Shown in pieces: positions 1 through 11,507 of a stretch of 64,000 bases of DNA (its first letter is position 1; each line of letters begins with the position of its first letter). The notes beneath the pieces are model-generated. The model was not told the DNA's origin, did not search any database, and saw only the letters and a program-made list of their open reading frames with translations. A program made the translations under genes and the position numbers. Source of the DNA: Rhizophagus irregularis (Eukaryota); the NCBI RefSeq assembly GCF_026210795.1, contig NC_089429.1:1054001-1118000 (forward strand). The letters are read 5' to 3'.

Positions 1-414
1 AAATTCTTCAAAATTACTATCAAAATCAAATACTTCTTCGTCACTGTCCGTTAAGTCATCTTCACTAGTATATTTTAAGTTAAATTCTTGACGCGGTATA
101 GAACTGTCAAAATTCGACATTGTTAAAATACCCCTACTTTAGGCTTCTGATTGAACTGAATGTAATTAAAACTCTCGTCAAAGTAATACTTTTATTTTAT
201 TGTTTCAATCGTGTACTCTTGCGTTACTTATTTTGTAAAAAGGCGTTTCATTGTGTAATTTCAGTGTTACCTTTGACCTGAAATTTCCGAATTTAACTAA
301 ATTTGGGCCGGCCTTATAATTTCGGCCGGAGTTAAGAAAAGTTTGACCAGAATTACGATTTAAAGATCAGCATTTTTTAACTAATTAAAGTAATTTTTAT
401 TATTTATATATGCA

Positions 415-2421
415 CTAGCTGGATGCCCGCGTTTTACGCGGGCCTGGCTATTAAAATTATGAAAATCAGATACCTTTCTGCTAAGCTGTTATATAAAGTC
501 TAGAATGGTTATTAGCATTAATTTAGAATTTTGTGGTAAATAGGGAATCATAGGCTGTGTATGGCAAGGGATTTTTATAGGCGCCGTCGGAATTGCCGAA
601 TTGAATTTATGGCGTTACGAAATATGGATTTTACCATTTAAATATCTAACAAATCATCAAGATCAGCATTATAGATTTACGGATTACAAATTATCTTCGG
701 CATAATAAAAAAAAATATTTACTTTCTCTGTGTAATTTTTGTATATTTAGCATTAAATAATTACGGCATTACGACGATTTAATATATTACGGTATAAACT
801 TCATATGCCGTAGTGATTTTACAGCACTCACAATCCTTGTGAAATATTTTAAAAATTATTACATATTAATAGGAATATTAATCATTACAAAGTATAACAG
901 ATAATGAGTGTCAGTATAAATAATATGCAATACATTTTTTATTATAATAGTTATTATAATAGTCATAGTGGTTCATTAGGAAGCCGGGCAAACCTAAAAA
1001 ACATCCAAAGAATCATTAGACCTAAAAAAAGGTACCAAAATTTAAAAAAAGAAAAGAAAAAATGATTAGTAATTATGAAAAAGAATTTTTTTAAAAAAAT
1101 TAAAAATATAATTCAAACTAACCTTCACTCTGAAAGGTACCACCAAAACCTAAAAAAGAGAAAAGGGGTGTTCCCTACAAAAAAAAAGTTAAATTAGTGA
1201 CATTTTTTAAAGTTTAAAATTCATTTTCAGAACTTACCCAAAGTTCTCAAAAATTGATCATCTACTAAAAAAAGAAAAGAATGAATCATCAATAATGTTT
1301 CGTTAAAGAAATAATGTTAGGAAAATATTATTTACCAAAATTTACATATGTCCAAGGTGTTGCAGTACTGTCTAAACTACAAAATATAGAACACAAAATG
1401 TTAGTTTTAATGTTTCATTTCATTAAGAAATAAAAAAAATTAATGAAAAACACTTACAAATTCCATGTCTGGAAAGAGCCAAAGAACCATCCTACAGAAT
1501 GCAAAAATAAACATTAGTAAACATTTTGTTAACTAACATTATGTTAAAAGAAGCATTTTAAAAGAACCTACTAAAATTTCACACGTCCAGAATCATGAAC
1601 AAACCATATAAAAAAGGAAGAAACATGATGTTAGTAAATGTTTTGTTAAAAAATTTTTCAAAGAAAAAATACTCACCACAATTCTGTTCGTGTATAAATT
1701 ATTCCTTATTCAGTTATCTAAAAAAATAAAAAATCAAACTGTTAGAAATGTTTGATTAAAAGAAATGTATTAAATCCTTCCTTACCAAATTTCCACGCGT
1801 CTGAAGACAAACCAAGAAAACCACTGATACCTAAAAAAAGAAAGCTTTATTTTTTGGGTTTTTTTTTGGTTTTTTGCATAGTTATTAAATACCTGTAATT
1901 GCTGTTATTAGAAATGTTCAATCCCCCTGGTAAAATCCTACTTTGAGAGCTGTGCAGGCATTAGAAATTAAAAATTAAATGTAAAAGAAAAGGTGTATTT
2001 TTTTTTAAAAGAAAGGGATTTTTTTTCGTCATATGGGAAAATTCAGAAACTGAAAAATATTTATTTTTTTTAAAAAAAAAAGAAAATGTGTCGTATGGGA
2101 AAATCCAAAAAACTTTTTTTTAAAAAAAACAATGACGATTGCTCAATAAATTTTTTATATTTTATATTACAATTAGTACTAATTGGATTAGTTGCTATAA
2201 TTTGTTTTTACGCCAATCATTTATGCAGCCTAATTCAAAATTGTATTGGGATTAGAGCTGCTAATCAATGTCAAATGATGCGCCACTCCGAATCCCTATA
2301 TAAAAATCTGTAGCACAGGGCGCAGACACATGATGATGGACGATCCAATTTAAATCCACCTTTTTATGCAGGGTAGTCTTAACGTCACGGTCGCACAATG
2401 CTTTTTTTTTATAGATAGAGA
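415..2421 (-). mobile_element. Non-autonomous Helitron (~2 kb)
   Basis: On the minus strand it starts TCTCTATCTATAAA (2421) and ends in a GC hairpin GCCCGCGTAAAACGCGGGC (424-442) followed by CTAG (418-415). It sits between host A and T with no TSD. No Rep/helicase ORF. Confidence 0.75.
1030..1892 (-). repeat. Tandem array of micro-exon/intron-like units (~98-122 bp period) inside the Helitron
   Basis: Minus-strand GT donors at about 1892, 1785, 1676, 1571, 1457, 1335, 1237 and 1122. Most introns have a CTAAC/CTAAT branch site and a T-tract-TAG acceptor. Exons are ~27-45 nt and several share the motif (C)AGAC(A/G)..G(G)AA(A)TTT(G). Confidence 0.6.
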
Positions 2422-2934
2422 TTATACAATGTTTGTATTGACGATTTACATTATGAATTTATGATAATTAGTATAAAAAATATCAAGTGTGACATTTCCA
2501 CTGACTGATACCTTTAATAAATACAAAAAGCAAAGTAAAAATGGAGTTTTTTTATGCAAGGGAGAGTTTGAAGAAGGAACATTAATTAGCCATAAATTCG
2601 CATTGATTACGTATTTGCATGTTATATTAGCCATCCCTATAATGTGTGATGTGTAACAGGTTACGCCGAAATTTGTTGACTAAGTGGCGCGGTTAACTGT
2701 AATCGTCAAATTAACCTAACAAAATTGACCAAAAAAACTTAGAATTTTTTTCGTAAACAGACAATAAAAATAAATAAATAAATACTATTAGGTTTTTTAT
2801 CAATAAAATTTCAAACCGTCATAATGATTATATAATGATGGATAAAGATGCTCACTTGGTCCTGCGGTTTTGTATGGCATGCCGCTTGTTAGAACTGGGT
2901 ACTGAGTTGACAAAAGATCAGCATCGGGTTGATT

Positions 2935-3530
2935 TCGTGAAGAATTTTTTTTTCTTTTTTTTTATTAACTTTTTTTTTTATAAAATAAATTTTTTTGGTA
3001 GAGAATTTTTTTTATTTTTTTTAATATAGGTAAGGCTTTTCTTTGATAGAATTTCTCTGGGAAATTTTTTTTTGATAGAAAGATTTTTTTTTTTTGATAA
3101 AAAATTTCGTTAGAGAATTTTTTTATTGATACGGTAAGGGAATTTCTTTTAATAGAGGAGTTTTTTTTTTGATAGATATTTTGTTGAAGAATTTTTAATA
3201 AAGAGAATTTTCTTTGACAGATAATAATTTTTTTTAACAGGAGAGATTTTTTTTAATAGTGAATTTCGGTAAAGCATTTTTTTTTTATAGAGGAGAGTTT
3301 TTTTGATGAAGAATTTCTTTGAGAATTTTTTCTTTGTAGAAAATTCATTGAAGAATTTTTTTATAATAGGGAAGATTTTTTTTTTATAATAATAGAGTTA
3401 AGTTTTTTTTTTGATAAAGAATTTCATTGAGAATTTTTTTCTATAGAAAATTCATTGGATCAGAACTTTTTCTTGATAGATAATTTTCTTTATAAAAAAT
3501 TTCTTTTGAGAATTTTATTTAATAGGTGAA
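2935..3530. repeat. Degenerate T-rich tandem repeat (GAGAATTTTTT..GATAGA units)
   Basis: Recurrent agaatttttt / ttgataga motifs separated by T runs of variable length. Confidence 0.6.
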
Positions 3531-4753
3531 AATATTTTTTGGTTAACGTCTTTTACCACAACCCAAATATGTAAAGACATAAATTGAATAACGAACTTAA
3601 AAGGAAGAAGAGGCGGTGGAAATATTAATAAAGAGTTGTGCGAGAATAATGTATATAAAGAGCGTAGAAATGATATTGGGAAAGTAGAAAATCAAAATTC
3701 AAACCTTCAACGCTGGCTGCGAGAGGCGCAGCAAAAAAGGATTTCACATGGTAATGATGCAAAAAAAGAAAGTATCCTAGTGGCAAAAGAACGAATCATG
3801 TCAGAGAAGAATGAAAAGTTGATAAAAATAATATTTGGAAAAGAAAGAAAAAGAGAAATTATTAAAACGTAACAAAAAAAAAGACCAAAAAAGAAATCAG
3901 CATAAGATCAGATGAAGGTCATGGGATCAACACAGAAAAATACTGTGCTCAGTCATGTAAATTGTTTGTTCGATTAGATGGAACAAAGAAATGATGATTA
4001 AAGCTCTGAGTCTGTGTAAAGTTGTAAAGCACCTTAGTTTAAAAAACAACATAAATACCAATCAGCAAAAGTTGTTATTCACCTAACTAATTAATCAATT
4101 TAGAGGAAGGGGAAAGAACGTCACATGTAAAGAATCTTCGATATCAATACTAGTACTGATAAGACTTAATCAAATTTTTATTTTTAGACGGTTTCTCACT
4201 GACTTTAAATTATTAGAGAATCATGACATTTTCAAAGGGTTTCATATCGAAAATTACCTGATGATGTCAAAAATTTGTCAGTTTGGGACAACAGTGATGA
4301 AATGATATATTTTCAAAAAAAATAATTTTGATGAAAGGCAAGATTTTATGATCATGTCGATATCATGTCATATTGGAAAAAGTGGTAAATTTATGTCATG
4401 TAGTGGAATGATTTGCTGCTATAGGCAAATTGGATTTTCCACTACTATCTTGGCATTCTTGGTATTATACTTTAATTTTTTATTGCCGGAAGAAACATAC
4501 TGTGATTCCTTTAATCTTTCATTAATAATGATTACTCGTATCGCAAATTACTATTCTGTATTTCTATGAGCTATCAGATATTCTATATTATTTGGTAATG
4601 ATTAGTTGGATTATTAATAATGTAAAAGGCTTCCTCATAAACTGATATAATATGAATTTTGTTGCAGGTACTGTATTTAGATTGTCCCATTTTTACTTTA
4701 CATTCATGAACTTCTATATTACATCAGATTATTAAAATATGTAACATGTTATT

Positions 4754-6415
4754 TTATTTATTAAAATTGTAAACAATATCATTTCCAATGATACGTAAAT
4801 TACGATATTTTTGGACTATAATATTATGCAATTTAAATTCATTTACTTCATCTTTCAAAAAAAACAATTCTTTACCATCATTATGGCTAGGAAGTGTCTC
4901 TAATAAAATAGCTAAATATTTAACTTTTTCCTTTTTCATAATATGTTTCTTTATGTTAAATAAGACATTTTCTCCTCCATTTTTCATCGTATTTTTAATT
5001 AATAATTTCTTAATAAAAGTATTTTGAGAATTTTTCAAAAATATTTCAAAATCATTTGTATTAAATGAAAGTGACAAAGATAAATATTCTAATTTAGAAG
5101 GAAGAACTTGTCCTAAATTTTGTAATACAATTGAGCTATATTCATCATAAAATGTATGATAATCGTAATTATCCACTAGAATAGTAAGATAATTAATATT
5201 TTGTCCAATATTTTCAATTAATAAATAAATGTCAATGTCATTAGGTTTATCTGAAGTAAAATATCTAATTTTTGTACAATATTTTATAATTAATTTAAGT
5301 AATTGTCGTCTTGATTCTTCATACCCATCAGTATGTAATATGGTCAATTCAAAATTTTCTAAATAATCACCATATTTTTGTAATAGTAATTGTAATGATT
5401 CAATATGTAATATTTCTTTTATGAATAAAGATCTCAATTTAAAAGGTTTAGTAACCTTAATAACTTGTTGAACAAAATCAGGATTTAAATAACAATAAAG
5501 AATATGAATAGATTCTAAAACATTCAATTGATTGAATACTTCTTGTAAAATATTATTTATATTTCTAAAGTCAGTATAATGAAATATAATTGTATTTAAA
5601 GTATTTGAACAATTAGAATTTTTTAACGATAAAAATGGTTTATATAAATTATTATGACGTCCAAATGAAATTATTTTGAGATTATGTTGTGAAATAATTA
5701 CTTGTTGTAAATATTTTTCAATTAATAAAAAATTCTTAGTATTATATAAAGCAAAATAAGCAACAAAATGAAGTGATGAGATTGAATTGCAATTAGAATA
5801 TAAAAATTTTAAAAAAGGAATGATAGCATTTTCGATATTTCGAGATGAAATATTACAAGTATGAATTTTAAAATTTTTGATATTATATATAAAATTTGGA
5901 TTTTGTAAAATCAATTCTATAACATCGTTAAAGTATTTACAATAAACGTCCGCATACATTACAATTTCAAAAGAACGTAAAATTCCTTCATTTTCAATGA
6001 ACACTTTAGATAATGACCTATAAACTAGTTTTTCTAGCTTCTCATGATCATAATTCACCAAAGAACCAACCCACATTTTAATAGAATGATAAGTGCTATT
6101 TATATTTAAATACTTAATAAAACTAGGATAGTTGAATAATAATGTATTTGAAGGTAATAAGATATTAATAATTCCATATTCATCGAATTTTTTTTTATCA
6201 TTTTCGTTCAGGTAGGATAAATAAATTTCAATACAGCGATAATTTTGGGTAGGAATACAAAAAGGGTCTTCCCATAATAATGGGATCGCTAAACGACACC
6301 ATAACCTATTAACTAAAATACATGAATATAATGTTGAAAAATCTTTCTTAAGACACTTTATAATTTCATTTGTTAATTCAGGCAAATCTCCTGAAAATAT
6401 TTTTGAGCATGCCAT
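4754..6415 (-). CDS. F-box-like domain protein, Glomeromycotina-expanded family (553 aa, intronless)
   Basis: N-terminal LPELTNEIIKCLKKDFSTLYSCILVNRLWCRLAIPLLWEDPF F-box-like motif followed by a degenerate LRR/RNI-like region. Paralogous to the ORFs at 14572, 18117 and 61741. Confidence 0.85.
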   Translation of the reverse strand: MACSKIFSGDLPELTNEIIKCLKKDFSTLYSCILVNRLWCRLAIPLLWEDPFCIPTQNYRCIEIYLSYLNENDKKKFDEYGIINILLPSNTLLFNYPSFIKYLNINSTYHSIKMWVGSLVNYDHEKLEKLVYRSLSKVFIENEGILRSFEIVMYADVYCKYFNDVIELILQNPNFIYNIKNFKIHTCNISSRNIENAIIPFLKFLYSNCNSISSLHFVAYFALYNTKNFLLIEKYLQQVIISQHNLKIISFGRHNNLYKPFLSLKNSNCSNTLNTIIFHYTDFRNINNILQEVFNQLNVLESIHILYCYLNPDFVQQVIKVTKPFKLRSLFIKEILHIESLQLLLQKYGDYLENFELTILHTDGYEESRRQLLKLIIKYCTKIRYFTSDKPNDIDIYLLIENIGQNINYLTILVDNYDYHTFYDEYSSIVLQNLGQVLPSKLEYLSLSLSFNTNDFEIFLKNSQNTFIKKLLIKNTMKNGGENVLFNIKKHIMKKEKVKYLAILLETLPSHNDGKELFFLKDEVNEFKLHNIIVQKYRNLRIIGNDIVYNFNK

Positions 6416-7188
6416 ATTGTAAAGAGGAAAGGGGGAAAGATATTATGCTTAAAAATTTTCAACAAATAAAATTTATAAAATTTTTCGGAGTATTCCGATA
6501 TATGGACACAACAGATCAGCCGACCATAACATTTAGAACCACATGATTAAAGATTTACGTTCAACAAACAATATAATTGGTAAATAAAAATTTTTACACA
6601 GTGACTAATCAGGAATAAGTAAAATTTTACTAGAATCGGATAAATGATCGGCCGATAGGAAAGTAAAATTTTACTATTCCAATTAGCCAGGATATAATTG
6701 ATTCATCCCCTGCCATTATTCACACAATAATAAGTGTTTTATAGTATATTATGAGTAAATAAATATAGTATATTTTATTATTGAATCCTATTTTCTTTCG
6801 CTTGGTTTTTTTTCATTTTAAAAAATTTTAAAAAAACGATTAAATTTTAAAAAGCTTCGGAGCTATTACTATTACACTTGAAAAATAACATTGATATTAC
6901 GAATAAATTAAAAGAAAGTTTTTCTCATTTGAAAAATGCAAATCTTTCTGAATCACTCAAATTTTCAAATCCGTCTATTACAATATATATAATTAATAGT
7001 TAATTTTTACTGAAATCTCCTAGGAACGGATAAACAAATACATGCTACCTAATAGGTATAACTACATTTGTATAATCGTGTAAATGATGCCCGATCAGGG
7101 GATAATGAATTAATGATAGTTTTGGCATTTCAGATTTTATTAAAGAAATTAAATGGTTTCATTTTATTATATTTATTAAAATTCTATA

Positions 7189-7685
7189 CACAGTGAAATT
7201 CGATAAACCGGATCTATCGGTTCCACTAAAAATATCCGGTTTATCGGGATATCCGGTTTAGCGAAAAAATTTCGATATATTGAAAATCTATTATATTGAA
7301 TTTTTAAAAAATTTTCATGCTAATAAAACTAATATACACTATAATTTGATTTTTTCATCTAGTTTTAAGTCATAGAGGTCATGAAAATGAATATAAAATA
7401 TTTTAAAAGTAATACATAACTTCAGCCGGAATTAAGATTTTTATAATTCCGGCCAAATTTAGGATTTACCGCATCACGTCACTTAAATTTTATTGGTTCC
7501 CAGTCACGTTATCCGGTTTATCGAATCATTTTTACTATAGCTGGTTAGAAAATTGATCCGTTATAGCGAATATCGAGCTTTTACTAGTAAACTCCGGTAT
7601 ATCGAACCTATTTTAATATACGTGATTTGGTTCCAGCAAAAAAGTCCGGTTTAGGCGCAAATCCGGTTTATCGAATTTCACTGTG
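7189..7685. mobile_element. MITE, probably Tc1/mariner(pogo)-type
   Basis: Perfect 25-bp TIR CACAGTGAAATTCGATAAACCGGAT / ATCCGGTTTATCGAATTTCACTGTG flanked by TA on both sides. Internal repeats of TCCGGTTTA(T/G)CG. Confidence 0.85.
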
Positions 7686-10544
7686 TATTTATTAAAAATA
7701 TAAACTTGTATCAACCTGAAAACCGGATCATGAAAACAAAAAAAAATCTTTTGTTTTTTAATTTTCATTCTGTTAGGGAATTCTTAAAATAAGAATCGAT
7801 TTTAGAATCAACCAATCATTCTTACCGTTGGCCACTGCATAAAATACCCAGGTCTTATTCAAAAACTCGACTTTTTAAATTGAATAGTACCCATGGGTGT
7901 TGTGAGGTAAATGGCAAAATTAGCCTTTTTCTACCAGAATTAAGAATTTTATGTCATGTACAATACAAGGTCTTAATCACGGGGTATTATCTTTGGGATA
8001 TTATATGCAGCGGCATACGGTATGTTTCAGGAAAATTTTATCAAAAAAGCATAAAGAAAGGACTATTATACTTTTATTAAAATATAGAAAGCAAGGTAAA
8101 AATAAAGTCTCTTTTATGCAAGGAAGAGTTTGAAGAAAGAACATTAAGAGATATTAGGTGTTTTATCTATAAAAATTTCAAAACTGTTAGAATGACATCT
8201 TCACGTTATATAAATAATGGTGGATATGGATAACATCTTATTACATGTGGCGAAATTTTTTTTTAGATCTGCCAATAAATTTTTTTATAATTCTGATAAT
8301 TTGAACCAGATCTGTAGCAATTTTTAGCAGGCTTTAGATAGTTTCAGCCAATTATACAATAATTTGGCCAGGATGAAGGTCATACAGAATCAACACAGTG
8401 CACAGTCACGTGAACAGATCAAACATTGTTGTATCTCGTGACTCCATTCATGATTTGTATAAAGACAAGCTATCAACTCCTAAATTTGTAACGCCTTTGC
8501 GGTCTGTCACAATTTTAAAATAAAAATAAAATTAAATTAAAAAGATTTGTATAAAGATATTTCGCAATCAAAAAAATTATCGTTCAGCTAATTTTGAACT
8601 ACTTAGTTTTTGATTCTAGAATTCAGTTTCTTTGTAATTTGTTCTGTAACTTTGTTCACGTTGAGAAATAAAAATAAAGATAAAAATAAAAAATTAGCGC
8701 AAAAAATTCCTATTTTTTCACCAAAATGTTGTTTTATCAGAATCAACAATGTATGTGTGTGTAGCATCAGAACAATAAAGATTATGATAAATTTTTCAAA
8801 ATCGTTTAAAACCCTGAAATTTCAAAAAAAAATTCCGTTTAGAAAAACTGAAAAAATAATAGATGTATTTCAATACAGAAAATTAAGCAACAAAAGACGA
8901 ATTCCCCTGTAAAATGCATATTGATTCTCCTATCTCTAAATAATTTTAAATTTCCATCAAACTTGATCAAATATTATTGAACTGACTATCTATAAACGTA
9001 TTTGTTTTGCCCAAAATGTGTGGTTGGATATAAGTCTTAAAAAAATGAATTAATGAAATAAAAATAAATTCTTTATATTATGAATGATTGAATGGATACG
9101 AAAAATATATTCAGATTGATCAGATTAATGGATAGAGAAATTTTAAAAACAAAAAAAAAATTTCAATGCAAGTTGATCGTACAGTACATGTAATTTGCGC
9201 GTTCCATTTATATGTATTAAATTCAAGTAAAAAAAAATTTTTAGACTAAATGTATTATATATCTTTATTTCAATTATTTCCCCAATCTGAACCTACAGTA
9301 AATGACAAAGGAACGAAAAAAAAATTATTAAAAGAAAAATATTAGTAAAAAAAAATAAATAAATAAAGGAAAAAGAAATTGAAAAAAAAGGCGCCTACCA
9401 TGGCTAGCAGTATCGATCTGATCCAGATTCAAGCCTAAAAACAAAAATAAATAATGATATATTTTTATAAGTTGATAAAAATATATAAGATTAATTATAT
9501 AAAAAATATAGAAAAAAAACTAAAAAGCAAAAATTTTTTTGGTTTAAAAAAAAAACCAAACAGTTAAAAAAAACTAAAAAATTTGGAAAAAAAAATTTCA
9601 ATTAAGAAAAAAGCTAAACCGAAAAAAAAGAAATTTTTTGGTTTTAAAAAAAAGCCAACCAAAGAAAGGAAAGTTTGAAAAAATTTTATTTAAGCAAAAA
9701 AATCGAGTCAAAACAAGAAATTTTTTAAAAAAAACAAAATCAACATACCGAAATTTAATTATTTATTTATTTTATTTCTAAAAGAGTGGTAATTAAAGTA
9801 TATTACAAATAACACGTATTTAGCACCGAAGTGCTTAATTGAACTGTCTATATGTGTAGATCTCTAACTTTCATCCCATCAGTTAGGACCACACTCTTCG
9901 TTCGGAAGTATTTGAGAAAATAAGTCTACGCTATTTAAACAAATTTTAAAATAAAACAATCCAAGGTCGCAGACTGCCAGATCCGTATTTTTCTTTCTCC
10001 CGGAGACGTTACCTGTAAATACTGTAAGAGGCAAAATGATTCACACTGTTTTGAGTGGTTAGTAAAGGGTTATCACGTAATTAGCAATAAAAGTATAAAC
10101 AAATTAGTTATAGAGACTCTTCATAAATGTAAGAGAGTAAAGAAATAACTTGTTGCTGGGACTTACATTAAATGGCCTAGGATCTGCGTACTCCCTCCCT
10201 CTTTGATAGCATCATTTATTTCAATCGCTATCCTTTTCTTTGGTCGGTTCTTTGCTCAGACATTTTTTATATTTCTTAGTAGAAGATGCATTATCTGAAA
10301 ATTTAATAAAGTTTTGCCCGATACAGTATATGGGCTTTTATTTTTAACAATGTACTGTATTTTGTATGTGAGCAAATAAATGGGCTGATCAAAAGTCACG
10401 CGATTAGTATAATTAATTCTGAACTTCCCCAGCGTAACCATTAAAAAAAGCTCAGACACGTGATTCATGTGATATGACTGTGGCTAAGTGTGGCTATGGA
10501 AATTGCACTACGCAGTTATCGACCTTAAGAATCCAAAGGTAAAA

Positions 10545-10730
10545 GTTTCAGCCTAAACTAACCTTCCTTACCTAACCCTAAAATACTCCAACGTCTACGT
10601 TATCTTCAAGGATAAGTATTTCCGCCTAAGCCAACTTTCCTTACCCTAACCCTAAGATACTCCAACGTCAATGTTATCTTCAAAGATAAGTATTTCAACC
10701 TAAACTAACTTTCCTTACCTTAAGATCTCC
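10545..10730. repeat. Tandem repeat, ~73-bp unit, about 2.5 copies, containing CCTAACCCTAA
   Basis: Unit ..cctaa(a/g)c(t/c)aac(c/t)ttccttacc(c)taaccctaa(a/g)atactccaacgtc..gttatcttcaa(g/a)gataagtattt is repeated. Confidence 0.8.
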
Positions 10731-11507
10731 ACTCTAAAGATGATTGCTTGAGAATATAATGAAATTTTATAGATGTTAATTCATAAGAGTAAAAACAAAT
10801 TCTTTTAAATTAATAAAATTAGAGTAATTATTTTATTAAAATAGAATGTAATGTTAATTTAACAATAAAATTTATTCAATTTCAATTTATTAAAATACAT
10901 TAATTTAAAATAAATTATTGTAAATAATGAGTGCTATCAGTATTCCCTTCCATTTTAATGGCATGGTTCACTTATTTTGATAATGTTCAACGTCTTCACC
11001 TAATTTATTAATAGAACTATATGACTTACTTACTACTTTATAATACAAACTAGTTTTTGCTCTTCTAGAAGGGAAGGTAGCATTAATTAGTCAAAATAAC
11101 AGTTGCAATTTAGTTTGTTGAACCGGTATTATTGCTTACTTGGCGATTTCCAAGATATCAGGTTTATTTCTACAGGTTCATATTTTCTGCCAGTTTTGTT
11201 TTAAAAGATTTATAGCTATTGTAAAGAAAATAAGCCAACCTTTTATTTTAAAAAAAAAATTGTATTCTTGGTATTTGGTAATGTAGACGTGAAAAGAAAG
11301 CTTAAATAATAGCTTAAATAATACGCGTAAATAGATCAGTTACCACAAACTGCGCCGTATGTAACAAAATCAAATGCCCGAGCTTTTTTGATGGTGTTAC
11401 TGGGTAAGATGCTTAATTCTGATGTTGATCACACGTTTCCGAAATGACTCATTTTCTTTGTTTAAAAAGTGGCTTGGTAGCAATATTTTTACTTTGGTTT
11501 ATTCGAA

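Noticed and set aside
3636..3872. 78-aa charged ORF
   Set aside because: Short, non-ATG start, A-rich, within a repeat-derived block; no recognisable motif.
4788..5027. Short plus-strand ORFs opposite F-box-like genes (also 19606, 61907, 62258, 63224)
   Set aside because: Antisense shadows of the real minus-strand genes.
7189..7195. CACAGTG terminus identical to the V(D)J RSS heptamer (Transib/RAG-like element?)
   Set aside because: The flanks give a TA duplication, not the 5-bp TSD of Transib, and no nonamer is evident. CAGTG-type ends are common in Tc1/mariner elements.
9830..10290. Possible minus-strand gene relic
   Set aside because: Coding-like composition and splice-like signals, but I could not reconstruct a coherent frame or family.
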